A DNA stretch of 64,000 nt, taken from NCBI GenBank assembly GCA_951406725.2, contig OX597838.1:5828001-5892000 (forward strand). The letters are read 5' to 3'. The notes below the pieces were generated by a model, which saw only the letters and a list, made by a program, of their open reading frames with translations, was not told the origin of the DNA and searched no databases. The DNA comes from Octopus vulgaris (lineage: Eukaryota). Positions 30,339 to 44,765 of the stretch are shown piece after piece (position 1 is the first letter of the stretch; the number at the start of each line of letters is the position of its first letter). The position numbers and the translations under genes are program-made.

Positions 30339-30400
<62 letters not shown>

Positions 30401-30402
30401 GG

Positions 30403-30440
<38 letters not shown>

Positions 30441-30703
30441 GAAGTATTCTAGAAGACCTAAACAAAATGACATTTTGGGAATATTGTTGCTCATTTCGTC
30501 TTTATCAATATTTATTTCACTTTCTGTTTCTCCCACAACTCTCTGTCTGTCTGTTTGTCTGCTTCTCTCTCTCTATCTCGCTCTCTCTCATTTTCTGTCG
30601 TGTTGAATTTGTGTGTCTCATTTTCTTAGTCTATTTGTCCCCCTCCCACTCTATTTCAGAGTGTTCTTCAATCATTATCTCGCCATTCAGAAACACGCTT
30701 GCA

Positions 30704-30778
<75 letters not shown>

Positions 30779-30909
30779 ACACATACACACACACACAAAT
30801 ACACACACACACGAAAATACGCACACATATGTATGCATACCCATATACATACATATATACATACGCATATATATATATATACATCTATATATATCGAGAG
30901 TGAGAGATA

Positions 30910-31442
<533 letters not shown>

Positions 31443-31722
31443 GCATGAACGTATACATTCTTCTTACTCACCAATGTAGCGGCCTTTGTGTCTTACACTG
31501 CATGCCATCATCCATCTTCGTAATTTATATCGTGACGGCACGTGTTTCGAATGATGTACGTAAAAAAAAATAAATAAATAAAACACATTTCTACAACCAG
31601 CATTAGCAGCAGTAGGCTCAGATGCAATTGCTGCTTCAGCTGTTTCATTGGTTCAGTTTATTTTTTCTCGCACACCTGATGATCTCGTGAAAAATAAAAG
31701 TAAATAAATAATGATAAATATC

Positions 31723-31804
<82 letters not shown>

Positions 31805-32390
31805 TTCATGTAGAGAAAGGTGTGTTCAAAGTGACAGAGCAGAGATTTGGAAATGAAGCTAATGTTATTAGAAGAAGTCAGTGAATGACAAAATTGGAGG
31901 TAGAAGAAATCACAAGAGAACTGGGAAAGAAATGTCAGGAGTAGGAAAGACAAACAAGAATATAAGAGATACAGCTCAAACCAAAGAAGAACCTAACGGA
32001 AAGAAAAATAATAATAGCGTTAGCAATAAGGAAGGGACAGTTGGCACCAGCGACTTAAGTAAATTAAGTGAGGAAGATCAGAAGAGTTTAGATGAGTTGC
32101 AGGAAGCAATGAGTAAAAGAAGTAAGAAAAATATTGCCAGCATTAAAATACACCAAGTTGAGGACGCTGCTAGAAATAAGTAGGGAAGTGGATTCTGTTT
32201 GAGAAGGATATAAACTGAAAATGAAAGGGATACTAATTTATTGATATATGCAGGATGGGCAGTCGTTACTAGAAGATTAGACATCTCACAAGGAATGATG
32301 AAAAAAGAGCAAATGTGGAAAAGAGACTAAAATAAGGAGGCGACTTAAAGAAAAATTTCTGAGTAGAAAAGAAGCCTGGAAATTCTTTTG
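31805..32390 (+). mobile_element. R4/Dong-clade retrotransposon ORF, N-terminal remnant
   Basis: EKGVFKVTEQRFGNEANVIRRSQ*MTKLEVEEI and DTNLLIYAGWAVVTRRL..KKEQMWKR match the Dong-type N-terminal region; directly follows (AAT)n. Confidence 0.75.
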
Positions 32391-32702
32391 TTTCTCTTTC
32401 AGACCTGATCATGGCTAAAAATCGATGAACAGGTCTGACGCTTTCTGTTACATTCTTGGATACTTCAAGGTTATTCCTCGAAGATGCAATATAACATCGT
32501 TTGTGAGGCTTGCTTATAAATTCTTAATTTCATCTTACTCTTGCTCCATGTATTGTGTGCCATAAGTGCGAGGAGATGCTGCGTGACTGGAGAAAGAGGA
32601 AACGTAAGGGTTTTCCGTTCAGAATTGCCAGGACCTGGCGAGAAGCGAAGGACGACCACACAATACAAATGATATTCGCAAGTTATCAGACAAATCAGCT
32701 CA

Positions 32703-33170
32703 AGGTCGATTAAATAAGTACCAGTTACGAACTGAGGTAGATATAACCGACTTAATCCGTTTGTCTGTCCTTGTTTGTCCTGTATGTGTTTAGCCCCTTG
32801 TGGGTAGTAAAGAAATAGGTATTTCGTCTGTCTTTACGTTCTGAGTTCAAATTCCGCCGAGGTTGACTTTGCCGTTCATCTTTTCGGGTTCGATTAAATA
32901 AGTACCAGTTACGCACTGAGGTCGATATAATCGACTTAATCCGTTTGTCTGTCTTTATTTCTCCCTTCTGTATTTAGCCCCTTGTGGGTAGTAAAGAGAT
33001 ATGTATTTCGCCGGTCATTACATTCTCAGTTCAAATTTCACCGTTGTCGACTTTGGCTATTATCTTTTTAGGATCGATAAATTAAGTACCAGTTGCGTAT
33101 TGGTGTCGATCAAGTCGACTGCTCCCTCTTCAAAAATTCCTAGCCTTCTGCCTAGAGTAGAAAAGAATAT
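32703..33170 (+). mobile_element. tandem array of SINE-B bodies (partial B1, B1, B2)
   Basis: Junctions aaagaaataggtatttcgtc (~32810-32830) and aaagagatatgtatttcgcc (~32993-33012). Confidence 0.88.
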
Positions 33171-33228
33171 TTTAAGTGGCATCATAAATTACCGAACTTC
33201 TGTCCCAACAGTAACCACACCGTTACAC

Positions 33229-33435
33229 TAAGGAGAACTGGCAGAACCTTTAGTGTGCCGGACATACTTTAAAGCAGGTCGTTTATTTTTACGTTCTAAG
33301 TTCAAATTCCGCTGAGGTCGGCTTTGAATTACATGCTTTCCAGATCGTGATCCTAAGTAGAATTTACATCCTGGTGTTAATGTAACCGACTCATTTACTT
33401 TTCTGAAACTGATGGCCTTTTGCCAAAATTTTAAA
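33229..33435 (+). mobile_element. SINE family B2, diverged
   Basis: ctggcagaacctttag...acgttctaagttcaaattccgctgaggtcg...ggccttttgccaaaatt. Confidence 0.7.
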
Positions 33436-34112
33436 GCGAGATTTACACTGTAAATTTATTTCCGATAAATAGTGATTTCCATTTTTGTCAGCTTTAAATA
33501 CCAGGTTTAACTCACCCTCCTACAAATTACAGTGTCATTTAAATTCATGACGGTCACTCTATTTATTATAAAGATTAGGCTACCAAAATATACGTGGCCA
33601 GAGCTCTGTACACGTGCACCGAAAGGATGATGCCCGAGTCAAACAAGATTATACATTCTTAGCAGAAACATGTTTTAAACTGCGTAACTGAGATAGATGA
33701 ACATCTCTTAAAGAAATTTCTATTTAGAATTTAAACGAATTCTGCTTTCGGCAATAATTTTCCATGCAGTCAAAGAAATCCTTAATGTATTAGAGTGAAG
33801 TACGTTGCTAATGGCAACTACAGTCAATTAATTTGTAGTCAATACTAATATAATTAATTTAAATTGCTCGCAAAATCGGCAGAACAGTCACACACAGGAA
33901 CACATACGCACACACAGAAAACCGTACATTCAACGCATGTGATGATATATAGACGTATCATTCTCTCAGTTATATGGTATGTACAATTGTACGCATGTAC
34001 CGTTAAATGTAGACATCCTCATACAACCAAACAACAGACAATATACATATATACATACATTTATATATTTATATATATATACAAAAATATATATATGTAT
34101 GTATATATATAA

Positions 34113-34157
<45 letters not shown>

Positions 34158-34176
34158 TGTGTGTGTGTGTGTGTGT

Positions 34177-34405
34177 GTGTGGCTTAGTGGATAGAGTGTC
34201 AGCATCATGATCGTAAGATTGTAGCTTCGATTCCTGGACGCGCGACGCGTTGCATTCTTGAGCAAAACACTTCATTTCCCGTTGCTCCTGTCCACTCAGC
34301 TGACAAAAAAGGACTAACGCTGCGATGGACTGGCGTCCCGTCCAGCTGGGGAACACATACGCCATAGAAACCTGGAAAGCGGGCCCATGAGCCTGGCTAG
34401 GCTTT
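34177..34405 (+). mobile_element. SINE family C, tRNA-derived, full length
   Basis: A box tggcttagtgg, B box gcttcgattcc, CORE-like cttgagcaaaacactt, then tgcgatggactggcgtcccgtccag. Confidence 0.82.
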
Positions 34406-35070
34406 CATTATATACATATATATATATATCTATATATATACAGAGAGACAGACAGACAGAGACAGAGAAAGAAATATATGGATCGATATAAGTAAGCATG
34501 TTTATACGCGTGTGTTTGTGTGTTTTCCGCTGTTAATTTCATTCAGCTTCTATCTCTTTTGCATATCATATCAATATTCGGACTTATATAAACGTGGTAG
34601 TTATTTTAACGATCATCATGCGGCAAATAGCTCGTTTACGAGGTACAAAAACACATAGACATAGCAAAATTTAGAGGCTAAATATATACCTATACTACAC
34701 CAACTATTTCTCTCTTCCTTCCGTCCTCTCCCTGTCTGTATTTCTGTCTTTCTATGTGTCTATCTCCATCTATCTTTCACGCCACTTTATACGTATTCAT
34801 TATGTATACACACATAGAGGCATGCATACATACATGCATACGTACATATATACATACATACATACATACATACATACATTCATACAATATATATGGGGTT
34901 GCGTCTCATTTTACTTATTAAAAAGCTCCGTCATGTATCATTCTAGTAATCATAGAATATATAATACAATAGCATACGATCTCAGATCAAATCACTTGCT
35001 ATGCAAGTACATCTCCGTAATATATAATACAATATAACAGAAAGGACAAGGCGTGTATAAATTCATAAAT

Positions 35071-35345
35071 GACAGAAATTGTTCAGGTGTTATTCTAATA
35101 TAAGAGAATTCTAATATCATGACAAATTGTTTCGTAACCTAAAAACATGTTAATAATTTATATTATTAAATTTAATAATAAATAAATTACTTCTATGGTT
35201 GCATTAATGCAAAATGAAAAGAAAAATATCCTTCAAAATACTGCAGAATAAGTTACGCCCTAAGGTGAAAAAAAATTACGAAGCAATTTGTCATGAGATT
35301 ACTATCTTATTGTTGAATACAATTGCATCAAACTATATCTCTGTC
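35071..35345. mobile_element. MITE-like element with ~67-bp imperfect TIRs
   Basis: taatatcatgacaaattgtttcgtaa (35112-35137) and reverse complement ttacgaagcaatttgtcatgagatta (35276-35301); outer ends gacag/ctgtc. Confidence 0.65.
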
Positions 35346-35362
35346 CATTATTTTTTTTATAT

Positions 35363-35772
35363 ATAGGCGCAGGAGCGGCTGTGTGGTAAGTAGCTTGCTA
35401 ACCAACCACATGGTTCCGGGTTCAGTCCCACTGCGTGGCACCTTGGGCAAGTGTCTTCTGCTATAACCCCAGGCCGACCAATGCCTTGTGAGTGGATTTG
35501 GTAGACGGAAACTGAAAGAAGCCTGTCCTATATATGTATATATATATATGTATGTATATGTGTGTGTTTGTGTATGTGTGTTTGTCCCCCTCGCTTGCTT
35601 GACAACCGATGCTGGTGTGTTTACGTCCCTATCACTTAGCAGTTCGGCAAAAAGAGACCGATAGAATAAGTACTGGGCTTACAAAAAATAAGTCCCGGGG
35701 TCCATTTGCTCGACTAAAGGTGGTGCTCCAGCATGGCCGCAGTCAAATGACTGAAACAAGTAAAAGAGAGTA
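35363..35772 (+). mobile_element. SINE family A, full-length reference copy
   Basis: tRNA-like head (ggctgtgtggtaag, gggttcagtccc), ccttgggcaagtgtc, internal (TA)/(TG) tract, gaaacaagtaaaagag tail. Confidence 0.93.
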
Positions 35773-35900
35773 CATAGGCGTGGCTCTGCGGCAAGAAGCT
35801 TTCTTCCTAACCACATGGTTCTAGTTTCAGTCCCACTGCGTGGCATCCTGAACAAATATATTCTATGATTCCGGCGTTCCGACCAAAGACTGGTGAGTGT
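35773..35900 (+). mobile_element. SINE family A head, diverged
   Basis: aaccacatggttctagtttcagtcccactgcgtggca. Confidence 0.7.
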
Positions 35901-36210
35901 ATGCCTGTCCTGGTTCAGGAACAGAAACCACAGTCTTACGCTCTTAAGCGCAACACGTTAATCACAAAGCTATGTCTCTTCACCATACACACAGACAGAA
36001 ACGCGGGAGTGTTTGTGTTTGTATGCATATATGTGGACGCATAATATCTCTGCATATAAATGACAATTTTCAGAGTTTCGGTTTGTTACTTTCTATTCAT
36101 ACATTCCTACACATCTCTGCAAGCAAACATATTAACTTACGCAAGTAACCTAGACGTGTGTGCGTGTGTATATACATATATATATATACATATATATATG
36201 TATGCATGTA

Positions 36211-36261
<51 letters not shown>

Positions 36262-36266
36262 CACAC

Positions 36267-36327
<61 letters not shown>

Positions 36328-37199
36328 CATACATACATATGCACATATAATTATACATGTACACACGCACTCACACAAACGTCGTGTCATATATACATTT
36401 GACTCCTGAGGTGAAGACAACTGAGATATTTTAACATTAACATTTGCCAAATATAGATAATTTGTGCGATGCTCTCGTCCGATAATTGAATTAAACATAT
36501 TAGAGTAGTGTGCATTAAAACAAGGCTTTATGACAAATTGTGCGAGACTTTACGATTATGCTTCCGCTATGTAATTTCATTAAATTGAAATTAGGAGATG
36601 TTAATTTCCAAGCTGGTGTACTGCATGTTATTCTTTGCAGTTTCTCAGCAGCAAGTTATATGGAATAATGGCGGAATAAACCATTATATTGTGTGATTTA
36701 TATGATCTGCATCTGTGGGCTTTCGCCTTCTACTGTAGTGACCTAGTTCATTGTGGCAACCAATGCAATTATATGCTATGTGAGCCAACGTGGAGACCAT
36801 TAAGTTGTCACTAGGTTATCTATTTCTGTAGCTGGAAACCAGTGTCTCGGTGTGCACAACTGATGAAGTATGAATACGCGGAAATGAATACGCTACTCGG
36901 TGTGATGACGTAATTTATAAACCATTGTTGTGTCTTGACACTTATTGTCTATGAAGAGAATATAATCCAAAGTATATTTCAGCAGCTAACGGTCTTCCCA
37001 CATCCAAGTGCACACGAACGTATTAAAAAGATTGTGTCTACGCCTATGTTTCATTCAATGCTCCGTCTTGCATCACTAGTTCTCCGTGTGCGTCTCGTGT
37101 TTATTTTTGTCACTGGATAATATATGAAATATCTGAAAGTAAAACCCACAAGATGATACATAATATCTTAATATCTTAACTATCCACGCCACGCCATGT

Positions 37200-37380
37200 T
37201 GGACCGCTGAACACAAGCTTCTTTTTTCCTATTTTCTCAGTTTATTTTCTCTTAATCCTTTCTGTTCAAGATCGCAGGCTCGAAACGTAAAATACTTTTT
37301 TTCATTTTTCTCGAGCGTCAAACTAATACACATCCTTGCTGTTCATACACCTCTCTCCCTCTTTTGTTTTTGCATAAATT
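37200..37380 (+). mobile_element. PLE-type repeat with decayed hammerhead-like core
   Basis: ctgttcaagatcgcaggctcgaaacgta (37262-37289). The homologue at 60410-60535(-) reads ctattgaagagcgtaggctagaaacg. Confidence 0.5.
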
Positions 37381-37391
37381 AAAGTACACAC

Positions 37392-37457
<66 letters not shown>

Positions 37458-38619
37458 ACATTTATATATATATATATATATACACACACACATATTTATA
37501 TATATATATATACATAGATATATATTATATGCGTGTGTATATAATATGTATGTATATGTATATATATATTTTATACATACACGCACACACGCATCCATAT
37601 ATACCGACATACATTCTAGCAAATACATATACCTAAATAGACAGATACGTATTCATACATTCAAATAAAACCCACGCATATAAATGCATGCATGTCTGTA
37701 TTGGAATCCTAAAGACGAAGCAAATCCTCACCGTAATACGCCAACACCATTACAGCAACAGAGATCTTGGTATTAGTAATGATAAATTTAATAACTGCCT
37801 ACCTTAGCAAATTTCATATTTTGGTTTCGGGCATAATACGTTAATATATATTCAAATATTTCTTTCTGACTTGCCGTCGGTTGTCTTGATAGATATATAG
37901 AAAATGCTCACACAAAGTGAAGAAAGAAATGAAAAAAATTATATTAACAAAGTAATACGATCTATTTATGAAACGAAGAATTTTGCTAAATTCCAAGAAT
38001 TTTGAATATAAAAGAATAATAGAAACAAATCTTTAATTTTGCATTGTTATTTCTCTTTTGCTCCGAGCTGGTACTTTTTTTTATATTATATTATTCATTT
38101 TTGTATATATTTTAAGAGGGAAAAAAAGACGATTAATTAAATTTTTTTTTGTTAAAAATCATTTTCAAGTAAATGCTTTTTCAATGCAAGTGATGCTTGT
38201 GGATTTGATTGAATATTACCGATATCCACAGAACCTACATGATGTTGTAGAGAAAAGAAAAATACACCACCTCGATTTCCGATGTTATTTTGTTTGATCT
38301 AGATATACGTATCGTCATTTTATGGCAAACGAAAGATATTGCGACCGTTTCTGTTCACAGATGCGATATATATTAATATCACATACGCCTTGTAGTTTTT
38401 TCCAGTTTATATTTCTTGTTGGCATACAGGATTTTCTATACAAATGATTTAGCTGCTAGAAATAGCAGTTATATCTGTCTCAAACCGCACATTTCTGTCC
38501 TCTTAAATGCTCACTGTTAGAATATATCTGATTATTCTGTGTAACACGACTTTTGTCCACGGGTAGCAACTGTTATTTCCTATTTATATAGTCGTTTGGC
38601 GAAATACACTCACATATAC

Positions 38620-38792
<173 letters not shown>

Positions 38793-38837
38793 ATGGTATA
38801 GTTTTTTTTATTGTTCTACATGTATTGGTGATGTGTC

Positions 38838-38940
38838 TGCTGGAGCACCGCGTTTAGTCGAAGAAACCTACCCCAGGATTTTTTCATTGTGTGATTAGTA
38901 CTTATTCAATCGGTCTATTTCACCAAACTGCCAAGTTACT
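38838..38940 (-). mobile_element. SINE family A 3' fragment
   Basis: gctggagcaccgcgtttagtcg...tagtacttattc...aagttac. Confidence 0.6.
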
Positions 38941-38945
38941 TATAT

Positions 38946-38982
<37 letters not shown>

Positions 38983-39529
38983 CTTATTATTTCTAAATAT
39001 CTCAAAGAGAGATATTCTGTAGCGGTTCTTTAAAGTAAGGACTAGTTGCCAACATTACGGGGCTGTCCTCGAAGGGACAATTGTCACTACTGTTTAGCCA
39101 CAGCAAACGTCATTTGCAACCAGTCATATGAAACAATATCTGCGTGTGTAACATATCTATAAGTGTTCTTCTTTGTGTTTGTGTCAGTGCCCTATGACCG
39201 GTAGATAACCGATGTTGGTTTGCTTATGAATCTGTAACTTAGCGGTTCAACACTAAAGACCAATATATTAAATATCAGGTTTAGACCTATATTTACTGGG
39301 TCAATTCGTCCTACTTAAAATCCTTCATGTCCGACCATAGCCCCAGCATGTCCGCACTCCAATAATTGAAACACGTAGAATCTATACAATGTCTGTTTAT
39401 ATATTTTGTATCGGTAATGGCGTTAAATGTAAACTATTTCGAATAAAACGAAGAGTGAAAGTTAGTGGGAGATAAATACATAAATATATACGCACATACA
39501 TACATACATACATACATACATACACACCA

Positions 39530-39560
<31 letters not shown>

Positions 39561-39676
39561 GTATAGGCATACATACATACATACAAACACACACACACAT
39601 ATATATATATATTTATATATATAACGGGAAGCTTGATGAAAATAAACAAAAGACGAAGGCAGGTGGAGTACAAACA

Positions 39677-39721
<45 letters not shown>

Positions 39722-39780
39722 ACATTCATACATACGTACATTGATATAGATAAAGAGGGAGGGAGAGATTGAGAGAAATG

Positions 39781-39866
39781 GAGGGAGAGACGGTGGTGAG
39801 AGGGAGAGACGGTGGTGAGAGGGAGAGACGGTGGTGAGAGGGAGAGACGGTGGTGAGAGGGAGAGA
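39781..39866 (+). repeat. 19-bp minisatellite, 4.5 copies
   Basis: GAGGGAGAGACGGTGGTGA, perfect units. Confidence 0.95.
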
Positions 39867-40924
39867 GCGAGTAAGTGTGAGGGAATGAATGGCTTTTAGT
39901 TAAAGATGAGCAAAAAGAAGATAGACAGTGAAAATATGATTTTCTTTTACGATAACTAAGCAAAGCGCAGCTTTTAATCCTATAATCGCCAGACCACAAT
40001 GTTTTAGATTTGGCACCGACGCGATTAAATCGATTTCAGTACATGTGTGGTAATTCTTGTATCGATCAGTCAGGAGATAAAAGTTCAAAGTCGTCCACAG
40101 AGAGATTTGAATTCGCAACGTATTAAAGATTTTGGATTCAAATCTTAAGGTATTTAGATAATCGAATTCTAAATTTTATCCTGCTGCATAGCCTCTCTAA
40201 GGCATAATTTTCGTAATAAGGATGTCTTTTATAAGACACAAGAAACTAGAATCTCTTGGAAAATCCACGGCTGGGAGACAGAAACAATGGATGCTTTATA
40301 TGAAATAAAATGGGTAAATTTGTTATAACTTTAAGGCAAAAATAAAAAAAAAACATAAATTACAAAAATAGGAACAAAGAACAAAAATGTGATAGATTCT
40401 GATTTAGGTAGAAAGTCGGCAGTTTTGAAGGAAGAGTTTTCATAGATAGTATCGATCTTAATACTTGACTGATTCTGGAAGGCTGAAAGGAAAGGTTAAC
40501 CTTGGCGGCATTTGATTTCACAATGCAAAAGGCCAGAAGATATTCTGCGGTACTCATTTTGTCTTACGGTTTAATGATTCGTCGAAACAAATAAAAAAGG
40601 AATTTTAAAAATGAAAAAAATACCGTTAAAAGAATTTTAAATATTAAGAATTTTATATATTTATGAACAGAGAAATATGAATGTCAGGTCGCTGCAGAAA
40701 ATATTCCACTAGAATTTTCTGCCGCACCCTGTGAAACCATGCTCTTGTAACGTTAGGGAGGTGCAAATGCTTATTTCAATTTTTTTTATTTTTGTTTCAA
40801 ATACTGTTTCTTTTTTTAGGTCACTTTACGGTTTGGGGCAGTGTCCAATGACCGTTTGCGATTTAAACATTTACAAAGAATGGGGAATCTGGAAATTTTA
40901 TTGATCGATCTTTCTTCTCGATAT

Positions 40925-41117
40925 GTGGTTTCAAATTTTAGAACAGAGTCAACAGTTCCTGAGTGAAGTGGAAATCAGTACCATCGATCTCAGTACTTGG
41001 TTTTGGAACATATTTCATCGACCACGAATGGATGAATGGCAATGTCAATCGAGTCGGTACCAGAACATAAAGATACACAAACTGCAGTGCTAAAGGTTCT
41101 GCCGCACCGCTGCCTTT
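40925..41117 (-). mobile_element. SINE family B2, highly diverged (further remnants at ~39995-40120 and ~40395-40550)
   Basis: tggtttcaaatttt...atcgaccacgaatggatgaatggcaa...cgctgcctt. Confidence 0.5.
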
Positions 41118-41420
41118 CTTGGTTCTAATATTTTATATCACGTTTCAGATATATGGGTTCAAAATACTAAGATATTAGTGTGATGAAACGTCATTTTAGA
41201 TGAAAGCAAAGAACCACCAGCGTCGAATCCTAACTTCTAAACGCATGATTTCCAGACTTATCGATCGCATTATTATTTTATTATTTTATGATCAGATTTA
41301 TTTTGCATTCAGAATTCTTCGACTAAATTTGCGTCATGTTTTACGTCATTTAGCAAACCAGGTAAAATTTATATATGAGACAACTTATTACATAACTAGA
41401 AATTTATGAAACATATAGGC

Positions 41421-41474
<54 letters not shown>

Positions 41475-41990
41475 TAAATTTGAGTGGTGTTTCTCTCGGT
41501 TACCCTTTTTTTATGTTCGTTAACTCCTACTACACCGTTGATGCAAGGACAATGAAACCCAAAACCATCAACTCCCCTAATCCCAGGGAATGTTGTAAAT
41601 GGGTCTAATGGTATAATTGGGGCCCAAATGACCTTCCCTCACTAATACTGCATTTTAAACTAAATACATGGCGTTGATGACCAAATTGGGTCAATGACAA
41701 TGAATTTCGTACCATGAACGCCCAAGGAGTATCGTAAGGAGGTTCAATTTCTGAAAGCCCATTTAAATGTGGCCCTACTGAAGCCCTTAATTTTACTGCA
41801 TTTAACCCGCTCCTACACTTATTGATGAAACTATGATCCGCATAAGTGCTTAGCGCATTTTCAGAAATAAACATGGCCATTCTAAATACCTTCAGGCACA
41901 TTCAAATTGAGATAAAGAATTATATCAGGTACGTTTCAAGTGTGGTGGTGTGCATATTTGTATTTTGTTGTTTGTGAAACTTATGTTTAG

Positions 41991-42052
<62 letters not shown>

Positions 42053-42264
42053 TGTATGTGTGTGTGTGTGTATACATACAAACACACACATATACACACG
42101 CACACATGCATGCATATCTACGCATGTATGATCAGCGGTGCCGGTGTCTTTTCACTTGGAATTTCGCTTCCCATGCTTGAGATGGAATGTTATTGTATCC
42201 GCGTGCATGTTTATATATGTTATTTGTTTTTGCGTGTATGTATACACACACACACACACACACA

Positions 42265-42335
<71 letters not shown>

Positions 42336-43542
42336 TATACAGTACACATAAACACTCATACACATATGTGTGTGTGTGTGTGTGTGTGTGAATGCGCCCG
42401 CTTATGTGTATCTATAAGCTCACAGAAACACATATATATATCTCAATGGCTAATTAAATAACTAAGACAATCTAAGTGTATTTTTCATTTTCTCTAACGA
42501 TGAGGCGGAGTATAAATTGCGTTAGCCTATTTATTGCTGGTGCGTTCGTATTATTCCTTCGTTTTCTTTTTTGCCATCTTCTTATCACAAAGTACATTCT
42601 AATCACATGACAGTTCCATTAGACGTTTAGAGATCAATACAGCTAAATATTGAATATGTCTTTTGAACAAAAACATTAAAACACACACACAAAATCATTT
42701 ATATCTTCTGTCATACCAAAACAAAAGAACACATTTTTCAACATAAGCTTCACTGGCTTTATAAATTCCAGTCTAAGGTTAAACTCAAACCGGTTAATTC
42801 TATGAACGACTACGTCAAATCAAATATATAAATTTCTTCTGCAACGCTAGTCACTGGTTGGCACCAAGTTGAACCGGGAACTCGGGGGTGCGCGTCGTAG
42901 TGGCTCTTTGTTAATGGAAAGTGATTACAAGTATAATGGGTTCAAATCGCAAGAGAGTCTAAAAGGAAGGTTACATTTGCATCGCCAAAACTATAGATGT
43001 TATACTTTTTTTTTTCGAGAATATAGGTGAAGGCAAATTCCCCAAGTGTGGGACAGGATTTCATTTAATTGGTGACAGAAGAGAATAATATTGCCAGCAT
43101 TTCTAGCCAACATATTATTTTACCACGCATCTTTATAAGCGTTCGTTATGAATAGCATTTTCCTTTGTCTTACTCCCATTTCTTAGGTTTACAATTCTAT
43201 ATCGCGTTCCTGCTTCAAGAAATGCAACCCACATTGTGGTGTACATTTGCGCAACATCGTCCAGAAGAAGTGCTTATCTTTCACAAGTGGAATGAATGCA
43301 GGATTTCTTAAATGTTGATCGACTTCTCTGTTAAGGAAGCGTACTTAGGTGTACGCTGGAAGTCTCTTTCTTGTACATTAAAACGAAATGAAACTCTTTT
43401 CTATCAGACGTGTTAAAATTCCAAATGAATAATGATGAAAAGTAAACTCGTCTAACAATCTCAGACTGCAATAAACAACCAACAACAACAACCGCATCAA
43501 CAGCAACGAAAACGACTACAACAGCAATAACAACAACAAAAA

Positions 43543-43725
43543 TGATTTCACATTTTGGGACATTTCCAGCAATTTCGGGGAAGTGATCGGGGAGGGGGTG
43601 TCAATTTTATTGATCCCAGCGTCCAACTGGTACTTATTTTATTGCGAGGACGAAAGACAAATTCGACCTCGGTGTAGTTTGAACTCAGAACGTAAATACG
43701 GACCAAATGCCGCCAAGAATTTTGC
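43543..43725 (-). mobile_element. SINE family B2, diverged
   Basis: aactggtacttatttt...cgacctcgg...tttgaactcagaacgta. Confidence 0.7.
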
Positions 43726-43789
43726 AATAATAATAATAATAATAATAAGAATAATAATAATAATAATATAATTTTTTAAATCGTTTCTC

Positions 43790-44277
43790 ATCTTAACTGA
43801 TCGGAAGTGTTATCACTTACGTTGTTCTGTCTTGGTATAAAAGATGGGCTACAGCAACAATTCTGCTCAATACCATAGATTTGCTTGTCTCTTGTTTGAC
43901 CATACCCATTTGAGCATGTCCCTTAGTGGCTGACGATATGTGCAACTCTAATCAGGAGCATAGCCATGTGTGGAGAGACATTTTGGGGGGTTTTGATAAA
44001 TCACATCTGGAGACATGGCTGTTTCACTGAACATCCTTAAACAACACTTATTTAGGGACCTTTTGAGCGGGTTGGGCATCTCAGGCTGAAGAAAATTCTG
44101 ACTATCAAAGCAAGTTCATGTGCTGTTTAACTTGCTATCAGATCACCGTGTCGCGCACATATGGTTGTGATGCATGTGCCTGGTGTACTCTTATCAGACG
44201 GGTAGTCATGATGGGCATTCTGGCCTTCGTATATTTTAATCCGGTGTCACTTTGATGGCATACACTACTCTCTCTCT
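43790..44277 (+). mobile_element. second copy of the 3738-4288 element
   Basis: Colinear reverse complement with small deletions (gagcatgtcccttagtggctgacgatatgtgca, gtcgcgcacatatggttgtgatgcat). Confidence 0.85.
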
Positions 44278-44664
44278 CCGTAATGATATTCTGGTTCTTG
44301 ACATCTAAGGTTTCTTGTAGACCGATATTAGATAACTTCCGTTCCAACAGTCTGTTCTATTGAATGTAATATGAATATTATAGTAATTAGGCACGAGGCC
44401 AGCAATTTTGAAGGACATGGAAACCATCGTGTTCATGAGATAAATGATGCATTATGTTATCGATCCCTGTTGAATGAAACGTGAACATGACGTCATCAAT
44501 GCTTGAACTCGGAGCTGAGTAGTAGTAATAGTAGTATTAGTAGTTATAGTAGTAGTAGTAGTAGTAGTAGTAGTAATCGCTGTAGTGGTAGTAGTATCAT
44601 TACCATCAGCAACAACAGCAATTGTAGTAGTAGTAGTAGTAGTAGCAGCAGCAGCAGCAGTAGC

Positions 44665-44729
<65 letters not shown>

Positions 44730-44733
44730 CAGC

Positions 44734-44765
<32 letters not shown>

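Noticed and set aside
34177-34250. tRNA genes at SINE heads (also 35363, 63802 and a tRNA-like stretch at 49712-49778 on the minus strand)
   Set aside because: A/B boxes are present but there is no complete cloverleaf; the SINE heads continue into SINE bodies.
36860-36892. CTGATGA-AGTA..TAC-GCG-GAAA
   Set aside because: Stem II is out of register and there is no stem I.
41605-41901. 98-aa minus-strand ORF as a host exon
   Set aside because: No recognisable motif or clear splice sites; it lies between TA tracts and is more likely a repeat fragment.
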